From Neocallimastix sp. 'constans' (taxonomy: Eukaryota): a stretch of 64,000 nt of DNA. Positions 24,329 to 38,300 of the stretch are shown in pieces (within the stretch, counting starts at the first letter, position 1; every line of letters begins with the position of its first letter). The DNA lies in the NCBI GenBank assembly GCA_050613775.1, contig JBODTK010000113.1:372001-436000 (forward strand). The letters run 5' to 3'. The notes beneath the pieces were generated by a model that saw only the letters and a list, made by a program, of their open reading frames with translations, was not told the origin of the DNA and did not search any database. A program made the position numbers and the translations under genes.

Positions 24329-24954
24329 AACAAAATATTACATAAATACTTTTTTTTTTTTTTTTATTTTTTTATTTATTTAGTTAATATATAATATATT
24401 CTGTTATATATATATTTATTAATCTATTTCTTTTTTTTTTTTTTTTCTTTTTATTTCATCATCAAAAAATTTTTTTCCTATTTTCAATATTTATTATCTA
24501 TATATCTGAAAATATGATGATAAAAATCAATTAATCTTAACAAAATAGCAAAAATATTAATAAAATTAAAAAAAAAAAAAAAAAAAAAAAACGAAATTAT
24601 AATAATAAACAATAAAAAGTATATAAAAAAAAAATATGTATAAAAAAAGTATATAAATGCTATTCTTTAATAATTGGGTTTTCAATGTATTTTTATTTTT
24701 TTATCCTTTTTTTTTAATTTATTTTTTTTCTTTCGTTTTTTTTTTATTTATTTATTTTTTTCTTTTTTTCTTTTTTGTTTTTTTTTGCCTTTATTTATTC
24801 TATTTATTTTAACTATTTTTATTTCTTTCTTTATACTAATCTTATTTATTTATTTATTTTTATTTTACTATTTTTATTTTTATTTTTTATTTATTATTAT
24901 TATTATTTTTTTTTAATAATTTAAATTTAAATTTTTATCTATTCAATTTACATA

Positions 24955-25003
<49 letters not shown>

Positions 25004-25891
25004 TATTTATTTTTTTTTTTATTTTATTTTTAATAATTTATTTATTTAAATTTTTAAAAATTATTTACATATGTACCTTTTAATTTTTTTTTAAATAATT
25101 TAAAAAAAAATTTTTTTTTATTACTATAAAATTATAATGAATTCCTTTTTAATATTTCCAGCATATTATTAATTATCATTATAATTCTATCGATAAACTT
25201 TATATCTTTATATATAACTTTTTTTTTTTTTTTTTTATATTTTTTTAATAATAATATTTTTATTTTTTTATAATAAAATTAAAAATATATCTATAATTTT
25301 TATATATAATATATTTTGAAAATTTTATCTCTCTATTTATAAGTCTATTTTGTTTGTAAAATATTGTTAACTATTTTTTTATAATTATTCTAAATTTTTT
25401 TTTTTTTTTTTATTTAAAAAAAAATTAATTTAAAATAATTATAAAAAAATAATTTTGAAAAATATATATATTTTTCTAATAATATTTATATATATATATT
25501 TTTATTTACAATATATATTAAATTAAATTAGTTAAGGATTAATAAATAAATAAAAAAAAATAAAACAAATTATGTTTTCTTTTTAATAAAATGTACATAT
25601 ATAAATAATTTTTTTTTTTTTTTAATTAGTTTGGTATTTCATTTTTTTATTTTGTTTCTATAATTTTTAATTGGCAATATATTTATTTTATATTATTCTT
25701 ATTTTTTATTATATTTAATTTTTTTTTATTCTATATATATATTTATTTATTATATATTTTATATATATATATTTTTTCTATATATCTCTATATATCTTTT
25801 ATATATATATATATATCTTTATAGAATAGTATTTAAAAAAAAAATTTTTTTTTATTTTTTTTAATTTCTTTATTATTTTTTTTTTACTTTT

Positions 25892-27940
25892 TTAATTAAA
25901 TCCATTAAATGGAACCCAATCGATTTGAAGATTACCCTTGAAACTTTTACCAATTATTTGTCCTTGAATATTTCCATTATTACCTTCTATATCAGCATTT
26001 GGTGCAAGAAGTGAACCTTGAACTCTAAAGTTTTGTATTTTAACCTTGCTTGCATTTGAAGCATTCCATAAAATTCTGGAGGCATATTTTTTTAATCCTG
26101 AGATATCAAAGTTAGTAAATACAACGTTATCGGAGACAAGATTGAAAATCATGGTCACACCCTCCAAATCAACATTATTTTCATGAACTTGAATATCCCA
26201 ATATTTACTGAGATCAGTAATCTTAATAACATACATTTTTTGACCTGGAACTAAATCAATGATAAGTTTACCGTTCTCCTCTCTAGCCTTCGTATTTTCT
26301 TTCATGGCACCTAACTCTTTGGAGTGAGCGATGATGGATTGCTTTTCTTTTTCAAAATCAATAAATGAAGATTTTTTAATAGGATAGTTTTGTCTTTCGA
26401 GAGCTTCCTTAATATAACTTGGTAATTTAACTTTGTTTTGATAGGCAACACCACCATTAAGAATTTCACCATTATCATGGAATAATACATCACCAGCAAC
26501 AATAGTATAAGGTATATTTTCTTTTGTTTTATCATCTTTATGATAATGTGCAATTAATTTATTGTGGGTAAATGGATCAAAATTGAAAGCTCCATTATGG
26601 AAACCTCCACTAATATCTACCGTACCCTTAGCTGCTAATCTACCTTGAATATCCGAGTTAAAACCAGTGAAATCACCAAAGAAAAAGGCATTGAAAAGAT
26701 GAGCTATAGTTTTAAAAGAGCATCCATTAGGATAACCATGGAATTGATCATGAGAATGATTATGAGAATGATTATGAGAATGTTCATGAGAATGACCATG
26801 AGTTGGAACACTATCAGAAGTCGAAGATTTTGTTGTTATTGTAGTAGTAGTTTCATTTTCTTCCTCAAGTGGATTTTCTTCTTCCTCAATGGTTTCAGAG
26901 GTTGTATTTGAAGCAATAGTAGTTGATGAAGAATCTTCTTCAGAAGTAGCGGTTGGAACTGCTTTAGAAGTTGTACTGACAATGGATGTAGAAATATCTT
27001 CAATATTAGAAGGAGTTGAAACTGCATCAACTGCAGTAGTTGGAAGTTGTTTAGTCGTTGGAATATTCTTAGTAGTAGTAGTAGTAGTAATAGCGATAAT
27101 AGAAGTGGCGCTTTTATGTTTTTTAGAAGAAGTAATTGGAACTACTTTAGAAGAATTAGATGATTTTCTTTTTTTAGTAACAATGATGGTTTTTCTTTTA
27201 ATAGTTAAAGTTCTTTTTTTAGTAGAAGATAAAGTACTTTTAATGGTAGATAAAGTTCTCTTAATAGAAGATGAACTTTTTTCAATAGTAGATGAAGTTC
27301 TTCTTTTTTTAGTAGTAGATGTGGTTCTTCTTTTTTTAGTAGTAGATGTGGTTCTTCTTTTAGAAGTAGTAGATGTGGTACTTCTTTTAGAAGTAGTAGA
27401 TGAAATTCTTCTTTTAGAAGTAGTAGATGTAGTTCTCTTTTTAGTAGTTGTTGTGGTTCTCTTTTTAGTAGTTGTTGTGGTTCTCTTTTTACTAGTAGTT
27501 GTAGTTCTCTTTTTACTAGTAGTTGTGGTTCTCTTTTTACTAGTAGTTGTAGTTCTCTTTTTACTAGTAGTTGTGGTTCTCTTTTTAGTAGTTGTTGTGG
27601 TTCTCTTTTTACTAGTAGTAGATGAAGATCTTTTTTTAGTAGTATTTATTCTTGTGCTCTTCTTAACTTCTATAACCTCAGCAGAATCAATTATTTCATT
27701 TCTATCTTTGGTATTACTTTGATCGACAACAATGGCATTATCCACAATAACATCACCACCACATCTTCCAAATTCAGATTGACAACCGCTTCCACAATAT
27801 TCTTCAGATTTACCACAATAACCATACTTACTACAACATTGATTATTTGGACAACTACCGTATCCTTTTCCACATTCTTTAGCTGAAGCAAAAGTTAACA
27901 GTAATATAGTGACAAAATAATATAAAACATTCTGAATCAT
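25892..27940 (-). CDS. Secreted CBM18 - basic Lys/Arg/Thr stalk - His-rich patch - choice-of-anchor A domain protein, paralog 2 (682 aa from ATG at 27940)
   Basis: First true ATG at 27940 (MIQNVLYYF...); CBM18 CGKGYGSCPNNQCCSKYGYCG; (S/T)KKRTTTT repeats; HGHSHEHSHNHSHNHSH; same C-terminal domain (25892-26722). Confidence 0.9.
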   Translation of the reverse strand: MIQNVLYYFVTILLLTFASAKECGKGYGSCPNNQCCSKYGYCGKSEEYCGSGCQSEFGRCGGDVIVDNAIVVDQSNTKDRNEIIDSAEVIEVKKSTRINTTKKRSSSTTSKKRTTTTTKKRTTTTSKKRTTTTSKKRTTTTSKKRTTTTSKKRTTTTTKKRTTTTTKKRTTSTTSKRRISSTTSKRSTTSTTSKRRTTSTTKKRRTTSTTKKRRTSSTIEKSSSSIKRTLSTIKSTLSSTKKRTLTIKRKTIIVTKKRKSSNSSKVVPITSSKKHKSATSIIAITTTTTTKNIPTTKQLPTTAVDAVSTPSNIEDISTSIVSTTSKAVPTATSEEDSSSTTIASNTTSETIEEEENPLEEENETTTTITTKSSTSDSVPTHGHSHEHSHNHSHNHSHDQFHGYPNGCSFKTIAHLFNAFFFGDFTGFNSDIQGRLAAKGTVDISGGFHNGAFNFDPFTHNKLIAHYHKDDKTKENIPYTIVAGDVLFHDNGEILNGGVAYQNKVKLPSYIKEALERQNYPIKKSSFIDFEKEKQSIIAHSKELGAMKENTKAREENGKLIIDLVPGQKMYVIKITDLSKYWDIQVHENNVDLEGVTMIFNLVSDNVVFTNFDISGLKKYASRILWNASNASKVKIQNFRVQGSLLAPNADIEGNNGNIQGQIIGKSFKGNLQIDWVPFNGFN
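27290..27645 (-). repeat. Coding minisatellite, 24/27-bp units (KKRTTTTS/T; KKRRTTSTT)
   Basis: Visible in both DNA and translation of paralog 2. Confidence 0.9.
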
Positions 27941-28945
27941 TTTTTTTTTCTTCAATTATTACTTTTGTATATAAATATTTATAATTTTAAAATAATTGAT
28001 AAAATATATTACAAATTACTGTATTGAATTAAAAGAATTTTTGAATAAAGAAAAATAATAATTTAAAAATTATTTACAAAAATAAATTTATTTACAAATT
28101 TTAATTTTATTTTTAATTTTTTTTTTATTTATTTATTTTATTTTTATTTTTTCTTTTTTTGTTTTCTGTTTTTTGTTTGTTTATAAAATAAATTATTATT
28201 TTATTAATAACTATATTTCTAATAATATAATTTATTAATATTAATAATAATTTATATAAAAATACTTTGATTCAATAAATAATTTTTGGTTTTTGGTTTT
28301 ATATAAAAAATTTACTAATACTTTTTTTTTTTTTTTATTTTAAATTTAATATTTTCTTTATTTAATATTTATTTTATTTTTTATTCAAAACTTTTAAAAT
28401 GAAAAGTGAATTATTATTCTTTATATACTGAAAATAAAGTAAAATAAAAAATTTTTAAAATTAAAAAAAAAAAAGTTTTATTAATAAATTGATATTTCCT
28501 TTTTTTATAATTTTATTTTATTTTTTTTTTTTTTACCGTTTTATTAAAAATCTTCTTTTATTAAAAATATTTTATCTCATATTTAAATAAAAATAATTTA
28601 TCTCATATTTAATTAAAAGTATTTTATCGATAATTTAATTAAAAACGCCATATTATATAGAAATATATAATAAATACAAATAATTATATATACATATATA
28701 TACATACATTTTTTTTTTTTATTTATTTATTTATTTAAAACTTTTAAAAATAACGGTTATTTAAATATAAAATAATATATATGCGGCAAGTTAATTTTTC
28801 ATAATAATAATATATTATCATAATATATATATTATTTTCTTATATTATATTATTATATTAATAATATATTATATACAATATCTACAATATAATTAATAAT
28901 TTTTATTTTATATCTATATTTAAATTTTTTTAATTATTTAATATT

Positions 28946-31630
28946 TTAATTATAATTTCATTTTATTTATTTTTTAATTATTTATAATAAAATTATTCTT
29001 TTTTCTATTATTATTCCATTTTAGAATATTATTATTTCATATATATTTAATTATTCATATTTATTATTTAATTATTATATATGATAATAATGAAAAAAAA
29101 AAAGAATAAAAAAAAAAATTTTTTTATTCAAATTGAAACTTTTGATTTTGTTTTTATTATTTAAAATTTTTATAGTTATTAAAAATTAATTGCTTTAATT
29201 AAATTTAAATTAATTTTGAATAGGTCTGTGTAACCTTTTATTTAATGAATTTAATTAATAAATATAAAATATGAAATAAAACTTAAATAAATATAAAATA
29301 TAAAATATGAAATAAAAATTAAATAAATATAAAATAAATGATAATAATATAAAATATAAAATATAAAACAAAAGAAAAATTTTTTTTATGAATTAAACAC
29401 ATAAAAAAAAATTTATGTATTTTTCTATTTATTAAATTTTTTTAAACAATTAATTTCAATATAATATAATATATATATTATAATAAATAATAAATAATAT
29501 AATAAAATATAATATATAAAATTAAAATTATTAAAATTTAAAATATATTAAATAATAAATTAAAAAAAATAAATTAATTTATATTAATTATATTAATTTT
29601 ATCAATTACATCCAATAGGAAAATAGAATATTCACATTAACATCATAATAAATAATAAATAAAAATTAAATTTATTAATTATAATTTATTAAATATATTT
29701 GCTAATATTTAATAAAATAAATAATAAATAAAATAATAAAATAAAAAATAAAATAAATAGTAGAATATTAAATAAGAAAAGTACAGATTGAATAAAATAA
29801 TATAAAAATAATATATAAACTTCCTTTTTTTTTAATATTTAACTATTATTTCTGTATTATTCTTATATTATTTTAATAATATTTAAAACTTTTAAAATAT
29901 TAAAATACTTTTTTTTTTTACTAAACTATTTACGATATTAATTTATACTTTTCGGTTTATTTCAAAAAAAAAATTAAAGAAATAAAGAAATTAAAGAAAT
30001 TAAGAAATAAAAAAAAAAAAAATACAGAAAAATAAAATTAAAAAAAAAAAAAAAAATAAATGAAATTAAAAGCAATGTTCTTTATACTAATAATTTTGCT
30101 GTAGCTGAAGTTGAATTGATTTAAATTAACAAATTTTAAAGTCTTCTTTTCTAATCTATTTTGTAAATATTAATAAATATAAATAAGAAAAATATAAAAA
30201 TATTTATTCATAATTTTTAATCTATTTTCATAATAAACATTTCTTTTATAAGTATAATTAAATAATACAAAATAATAAAAAATAATACAAAATAAAATAA
30301 AATAAAATAAAATAAATAGTAGAAATATGAATATAAAGTACAGATTTAATAAAATAAAATAAAATAAAATAAAATAAAATAAAATAAAATAAAATAAAAT
30401 AAAATAAAATAAATAGTAGAAATATGAATATAAAGTACAGATTTAATAAAATAAAATAAAATAAAATAAAATAAAATAAATAGTAGAAATATGAATATAA
30501 AGTACAGATTTAATAAAATAAAATAAAATAAAATAAAATAAAATAAAATAAAATAAAATAAAATAAAATAAAATAAAATAAAATAAAATAAAATAAAATA
30601 AAACAGAATAAAATAAAATAAAATAAAATAAAATAAAATAAAATAAAATAAAATAAAATAAAATAAAATAAAATAAAACAGAATAAAATAAAATAAAATA
30701 AAATAAAATAATATAAAATAAAATAAAATAAAATAAAATAAAATAAAATAAAATAAATAGTAGGAATATAAATATAAACTACAGATTGAATAAAAATAAA
30801 ATAAAATAAAATAAATTAATATGAAATAAAATAAAATAAAATAAATATTTATTATTAAATATTTATGGAATCATCTTTCATCCTCATCATCACTCTTACC
30901 TTTAAAGTCATTTAAAAATATCAATTTCTTTTAATTTACTAAAACAATTAAAGAGAATATTCATAATTATTAATTATAATTTCATATTATTTATTTTTTA
31001 ATTATTTTTAATAAAAATTATTATTCCTCTTTCTATTATTATTCCAGTTTAGAATATTATTATTAATGATTATATTTTATTTATTATTCATATATATTTA
31101 ATTATTTATATATTTAATTATTCATATATTTATTTATTCATATATTTATTTATTCATATATTTATTTATTCATATATTTATTTATTTATATATTTATTTA
31201 TTCATATATTTATTTATTCATATATTTATTTATTTATATATTTATTTATTTATATATTTATTTATTCATATATTTAATTATAATGATAATGAAAAAAAAA
31301 AAGGAATAAAAAAAATTTTTTTTATTTAAATTGAAACTCTTGATTTTGTTTTTATTAAAAAATTAATTGCTTTAATTAAATTTAAATTAATTTTGAATAG
31401 GTCTGTGTAACCTTATATTTAATGAATTTAATTAATAAATATAAAATATGAAATAAATATAATATAAAATATAAAATATAAAATATGAAATAAAAATTAA
31501 ATATAAAATAAATATAAAATATAAAATAAATATTAAAAATTAAATAAATATAAAATAAATGATAATAATATAAAATATAAATATAAAACAAAAAAAATTT
31601 TTTTTTTATGAATTAAACACAAAAAAAAAA
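28946..31630 (+). repeat. Dispersed direct repeat of a non-coding segment (~28946-29410 and ~30970-31630)
   Basis: Shared anchors in the same order: TTCTATTATTATTCCA.TTTAGAATATT, AAATTGAAACT.TTGATTTTG, TTTTGAATAGGTCTGTGTAACC, TATGAATTAAACAC. The second copy has an expanded TATTTATTTATTCATA tract. Confidence 0.85.
30290..30845 (+). repeat. Compound minisatellite: ~37-bp core AAATAGTAGAAATATGAATATAAAGTACAGATTTAAT separated by variable (AAAAT)n
   Basis: Three identical cores (~30314, ~30411, ~30478), a diverged core at ~30755 and another at ~29755. Confidence 0.9.
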
Positions 31631-31999
31631 ATTATTTATTATTAATTGTTAGATTATGTTTATATGAATTTATTTATTTAATTTAATTAAAAGAATTCAA
31701 ATTAAAAAAACATATATGAAATGAAGTTACATATATAATTATTTATCATGTGATACATATGTTTTACATATTTTTATGAAGATTTTAATACATGTACATG
31801 ATTTAAAAATATTAACATAAATTTATGATATTAACATAAATAATATTTAATATAGAATTATAATTCTTTTTGTTTTTTTTGGATTCTTTTTTTCAAATTC
31901 ATTATTTCTTTTAGTAGATGGATTAAAGTTATATTGATCTAAACTTTTTCTTTTTGATATCAATTGAAGAGTCAAAGCTATGTCTTCTCTTTTCTTTTA

Positions 32000-33270
32000 G
32001 GGCTAATTTCTTTTCACAATGAAATTTATTTTGAGGTGTAACCTTGAATTTTATTAAATTTCTATCTAATAATGTCCTCCGACGGCTTCTTCAAAATTAA
32101 AATCATTATCAATACTGTTTTTATTTTTGGCAATGTCATTTTCATTATCAGGGGGAGTTTTCAAATTAAAAATCTTCAAAATTAGAATTATTGAGGATAC
32201 CATGATTATCGATATATTGATTTTTTATCGGAGTTTACAATCTGAACATTATCAGGGCATTCTGATGGCTCTTGAGGAATATTATTGTTTTCAGGAACTA
32301 AGAATAAGTCTAGGGTTGTCAGAGTCATTAGTAAATATTAGTGTATCAGTAGTATATGATTTCCAAGTAATTGTTTCCATTGGTAAAGTTAAATAAGCAT
32401 GGGATTCTTCATCAAAAACGGTTTCTCTTACTTTATGAAGACTAAAATCATTGTAATCCTTAATAATGTAACAATGTGAACTAAAATTGAATCCTAAAAA
32501 TATACCTTTTTCACCATTTGGTATCAACTTATTTTTTTGTTGGGAAGAAATCTATATAATGGGCAACGCATCCAAAAGTTTTAAAATATTTAATATCAAT
32601 TTTTTTATTATAAAATAGTTCATTAGAAATATTATTTGGTTTACCTTTATGAGGAGTATTATTATAAAAGAAATTAGCATAAATAGCTTCGAAATTCCAA
32701 AATATTATGTCTAACATACTCCAACAAAGTAAAGCTTTAATACAATTTTCCAGTGTATAATTAAAACGTTCAGACTTGCTGTTATTCTGCGGATTGTAAG
32801 GAGGTGAGTAGATCTTTTTTTTTTTTATATGATGATTAGCACAGTAATTTTCAATTTTTTCTGTGTTTGAATTCCCTACCATTATCAATTTTAAAGAATT
32901 TAATTTTATCATAATCTTGGTTGTGAATATACTTGAGAAATTGAATTGTAATCTTTAGAATTTCTGATTTTCTTTCTATTGGGAAAATCCATAATTTTCT
33001 TGTAAATTCATCAAGAAATGTAAGAATGAATCTTTTTCCTGTTAATTGATTTATCTAAGGGACTAATTAAAATCAGAATGAAAAGTTTCCAAAATTCTAG
33101 AGGCTGTAGGAGGAATTCCATTGTGTGGTCTTCTTTTGAGTTTCGCTATTATACAGTCTATACATTTAACGTCCTTAATAATATGTAATTAAAGATGCTT
33201 TGTACGATCATCATGATAATAGTGACCTAATCGGTGATGTCAAAGGTTTAAGCTTTTATCGTTAATACCA
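32000..33270 (-). mobile_element. Decayed Ty1/copia retrotransposon integrase region
   Basis: Minus strand: L*HHRLGHY (GAG-pre-integrase, TGG>TGA), CIDCIIAKLKRRPH, ETFHSD, FILTFLDEFTRKLWIF, YSPPYNPQNNSKSERFNYTL, KTFGCVAHY, KGIFLGF..SHCYII..RETVFDE (SH3-like). Several stops and frameshifts; no RT seen. Confidence 0.9.
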
Positions 33271-33319
33271 GATTTCTTTGTTCTTAGTTAGAAAATTAAT
33301 AGAATATTTTAATTCTATA

Positions 33320-33650
33320 ATAGGTATAACTGTACTGTTCAAAAACGACTAATTAAAAGCTATATCTTGTTATTCTTTTAAATTTCCTAACAATGAAAAG
33401 AAGTATTCAGCATTTGACAAAGAACTACTAACTATTATCTAATCGCTCGAACAAAACGCTAATTATTTATGTAATACACTAATTCAAATATATATAATTA
33501 ATGATAACAAATCTTCTGTACATATTTTAGAAGGAAGTATTTCAAAAATCGAATATAATCAAAGATCACATTATATAGAAAGATTACAACCATTTAACGT
33601 AAAACTATATCATTTTTCCGAAAGAAAAAAATAATTTTCAAATAAATGAT
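33320..33650 (+). mobile_element. Decayed Ty3/gypsy RNase H-like fragment
   Basis: + strand: AISCYSFKFPNNEKKYSAFDKELLTII*SLEQNANYL..IYIINDNKS..YIERLQPFNVKLYH..RKN, matching the gypsy pattern E-x-N-Y-S-x-x-D/E-K-E-L-L-A-I ... TDH ... RW..LQ.F. Confidence 0.75.
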
Positions 33651-34131
33651 CTGTAAATAAAATTATTTGATAAAGGGTTAACGTTAAAAAAAAAAAACAG
33701 AGAAGGTTTTAACTAAATTTAAATAATAAAAAATAATTAAAAAATTGTTCAATCATTATTTATTAAATCAACACAATTTATTAATTATAATCTCAATTAA
33801 AAAGGTTGGGTAAATTAATGTAAAAATTAATTAGGAGAAACTCTTTGGAAAACCTGAATTTAAGCAGTCATTTCAGTTGAAAAATGTTTTAAATTTTTAT
33901 ATAAGAGTAAGTATTATGTTGTCAATAAATGATAATCTTTTCATTTTAAAATAAATATAATCTTATTAATGTCTATATATTGTAAAAATATTAAAAATAT
34001 TTTTAATACGTTAAATAATAAAATTTCGTACAATTAAATTATTTAATGTTAATGAAATTTTTCTAAATTAGAGTATAAAGTAATTTCATAAAAATTTTAA
34101 TTTCTTTTACTTTATTATTTAAATAATTTAG

Positions 34132-34180
<49 letters not shown>

Positions 34181-35343
34181 AAGTTTGTTTAATTTAATTT
34201 TAAATAGTATAATAAATATTTAGTGTAGTTTAAAAGGTTAAAATTAATAATGTCATACATAATTTTTTTTTCATAATTTTTCAAATATACAATATAATAA
34301 ATAAATACTAATTCAAAAAAGAGTAGCTATATCTTTTATTTTAATATTAAGTAAAAACGGTGAAATTATTAGTTAATAAATTAATAAATATAAAATAATA
34401 AATTTTTAGTTAGGGTTAAATATAAAAATTATAAAAAAAAAAGTATAAATATATGTATATAAATATCTATAATTAATTAAAGATACATAGAAAATTTTAA
34501 ATCATAATAATAAATAACTATTAAGTTTTTCTATAGTATTTTGTTATATTTTTATAAATAATTAATAAATTGAATAAATATAAAAATAATTATGTAAATG
34601 TAATATTATACTATTAAAAATAATAAATATTAGATAGAAAAAATAAAATAATATTAATAAAAAATTATAAAACTAATAATAATAAATATTAAAAATAAAA
34701 TAAAAAATATTATTATATGTATATAAAATTTTTTATTTATTATTATTATTTTTTATAAAATATTTTAAAATATTTTAAATACTCATTTATATAAATATTG
34801 ATTATTATATATAAAATATATTTGTTAAAAAATTTTTTAATTTTTTTCTGTGAATAATTAAATGTATAATTGTAAAACACAAAAATTATAAGAGACACTA
34901 CATTTTTATATTTATAATAATTTTTATTTTAAAAGTTTTTTTTTTTTTTTTTTTTTTTTATTAATGGTATATAAAGCATATTTTTTCAATTTTTAATATT
35001 TCATTAATTTATAGGATTAAAAATAAAATATAATTGGTTGATTATAGAGTAATATATTAATACATTATGACTTAATTTTTAACACTTTAATTAATTTATA
35101 GAAAAATTTACAAACATGGACGTTACAATTAATATTTTAAAAAATTATTTCAATGTCCAATTAAATTTAATTTTATAAAATTAGTAGTTTTCTTATAATG
35201 ACTTTCAATTTTCATTTACTTTTACTCTTTTTTAAAACTATAAATAAAAAAGTTTTATATATATCTATTTTAATTTTTTTTTAATCTTGAATTTCATCCT
35301 TTTTTTTTTTTTTTTTTTTTTGAAAAAGTGTAATTAGTCCAAT

Positions 35344-38300
35344 ATGTTTCCTTTTAAATTACCCAAAAATATTTTAATAGATCAATTAATACAAGAAAAT
35401 ATCGAAGAGTTTGAATTTTCTGGGTAAAAATATAAAGTTTTTTATTTTGAATATATTTATTTATTAATTATAATTAAAATTGTTAAGATTCTTAAAATTG
35501 TATTATTAAATATGTACTAATTACTGAAATGTTAGTAAAATATTACATGAATAGTAGTAATTGTTTCAGTATTAATAATTTGTTAAATAAAAAAATAATA
35601 CAAAAATAATGTTTTCATTATTAATTCAAAAAATATATATATATATAAATAAAAAATAAAAATAAAAAATAAAAATAAAAATTTCAAAATAAATTTATTA
35701 ATTGTAAATTTAATTTAAATTATTTTTATTTTAGAAACCAAAACTTGGTTAGTCAATTGTTATCTAAATTAAAAAAATGTAAACTAAATCAAGCGAAAGC
35801 AATTATTAATAATAATTTATCTTATTTAAGTTTAATTAAAAGTGATTTTTCTGTCATTTCAAGAGGAATTAAAAAAAATTACTTTAATAATGAGGTTTTA
35901 GACTATTTACTTAGTATATATCTAAAAAAACATTTTTTCATGGAAAATTATACAAGCTTTTTAATTCAACTAATAAAAGATTCAAAATATAAGCAATTTG
36001 AAATTTTTTTAGAGCATAATTTTAGTATTAATAGTACAATGTATTTTGAAAAGGATGAATATAATATTTTATTTTATGAAATTCATTTTGAACCAAACGA
36101 AAATGTAGCGATAAAAAACGTTAAATATTTGTTAAACCATGGAATTAATGTGAATGCTGTATTAAATTTTGATATTGAATATACTCATTTTAGTGATTTA
36201 AATCAGGAATCAAATCGTATTATTGATTCTTTAATATGTACTACCTTTATAAATAAAAGTGAATTTTCCTTTAGAGTACTCTCTGAAATAATTAAATTTT
36301 ATTCTAATAAAAATAAAATGGATGATACTGTTTTGGAATTGGATAATTTAAATCAAAAGACCTTTAAAACTTTGGCTCTCTATGATATCAATTTAAAAGT
36401 TTTAAAACTTATTATTAAATATTACGGTATTAATAATTTTTTTGAATCCCTATTTTATAGAAACTTAAAGATGGCTTCTTTATACACTGGTCATCATAAT
36501 GTTTTAAATAAAATACAAATTGAATATCAACATCGAAAGATTCCTTTAATTACTAATGGTAGCGATGATAATCTTGAACAGAGTAGAAATAAAAATGATA
36601 ATGTTTTAAATAAATTACAAATTGAATATCAACCTCCAAAGATTTCTTTAATTACTACTGGTAGCGATGATAATCATGAACAGAGTAGAAATAAAAATGA
36701 TAATGATACAAATGATTATAATAGTATTAAGGAAAAATTATTTAATGAAATAAAAAATATGAACTTTGAAAATATATGGAGAATTCTAGATGATAACCCC
36801 ACCATGATTAATGTTAAAAATTTGGAAAATAAAACACCATTAATGTATGTTGCTGAATATTGTCTGAATCAAACAGATATTATTAATCTTTTAATTCGGT
36901 ACAATCCTGATAAAAATATTACTGACAAAAATGGAGCTACTGCTCTTCATATTGCTTGTCAATTCAATAATTTAGAAGCAGTGAAAAAATTAATAACAAA
37001 GAAAAATATTAATTTATTAGATAAAGACGGCTGTACCCCATTAATGATAGCCTTAAAAAATCAAAATTTTGAATGTGCAATCTCCTTACTGTCAAACAAA
37101 ATTTCTGCATGTAATACTACTGTGTCGAATAAAGAAAATGAAACACCGCTACAATATTTCATAAATAATAAATTGGATAATAAGCCTTTATTCAAACTTC
37201 TGATATCAACTTGCAATAATAATGAAAATTATATATATTATATGTTACGAAAAAATATTGAAAATGAATTTTATTTTGATATCTTAATTGAAAATGAAAC
37301 AACTCTTTCTTTAAATCAATTTAAGCCCAATAAATTAATTAATAATATTGTATCAAATAAGTCATTCAATCGGTCAATACTTAAAAATGGATTTTATCTT
37401 TTGGAGAAAAACAAAAAAATATTTATTCAAAATCCTCTTATTTTTTCAATTAAAAACAAATTCATTGATTTCACAAAAAGTCTTCTAGATAATTGGGATG
37501 ATGATTACAGTGATATTAATGAATTAGACAATCAGAAAAAGTCTTGCTTACATTATGCCATTGATACTGAAGATGATGAATATCTTCAAGCATTATTGGA
37601 ATATCCATCGGTAAATATAGAATCAAGTCATGACATTTCAGAAATACCTTTAGCTTATGCTATAAAATTAAAGAAATGCAGTAAAGTTAAATTACTACTA
37701 TTGAAATATATTGAGAAATATGAAAAAGAAGATAAGGAAAAAGAAAAATTTAAATTATTATTAGAAAATAATTGCTTAAAAATTTATGAAGATTTATTAA
37801 ACAATAATAAAAAAAATAATATTGACTATAATCTTATTAATAAAACAATTTTACAGAATGAATCCACAAATCCATTAAATCCATTAAATCCATTAAATCT
37901 TGATAATAAAAATAATAATGAATTCAATCCTGTTATGAATGATAAAGATTCTGATAAGATTAATAATATAGATAGCTCGATTGACCTCAATCATTCCAAA
38001 ATTACAAATAATAATGATAAAGATATAAATAATGCTATTAATAATGATAAAGGTATAAATAATGATATTAATAATGATAATAATAATAATAAGAAGAAAA
38101 AGAATAAAAAAAATAAGAATAAAAGCAAGAATTGTAACATAATAAATAATAGTATTAACACTAATAATAATTATGGTAATAATGATAACAATGCTAAAAC
38201 TAATGGTGAAAATAATTACAATAATAATGAGTATTCCTTTAATAATACAAAAAATGAAAATAAAAGAGACATTAATAACCAAAATAGTAATATAAATTGT

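Noticed and set aside
21102..27722. Long overlapping ORFs 21102-21803, 21112-22032, 21134-22147, 21330-21884, 26889-27722 (and 48282-48770)
   Set aside because: Stop-free by-products of coding tandem repeats read in other frames; no independent domain signal.
30060..30120. ATG after an A-rich leader encoding MKLKAMFFILIILL*, like a signal-peptide stub
   Set aside because: Stops after 14 codons with no downstream coding signal; may be chance.
30290..30845. CRISPR-like pattern of ~37-bp repeats with spacers
   Set aside because: Spacers are only (AAAAT)n of variable length, there are no cas genes, and the context is eukaryotic: a compound minisatellite.
31647..31840. Possible copia LTR starting TGTTAGA
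   Set aside because: No second LTR, primer-binding site, polypurine tract or TSD could be identified.
35480..35575. Extra exon inside the ankyrin gene intron (sequence conserved in both copies)
   Set aside because: Stops in the frames tested; exon 1 already splices in phase to exon 2, and the conservation is explained by recent duplication.
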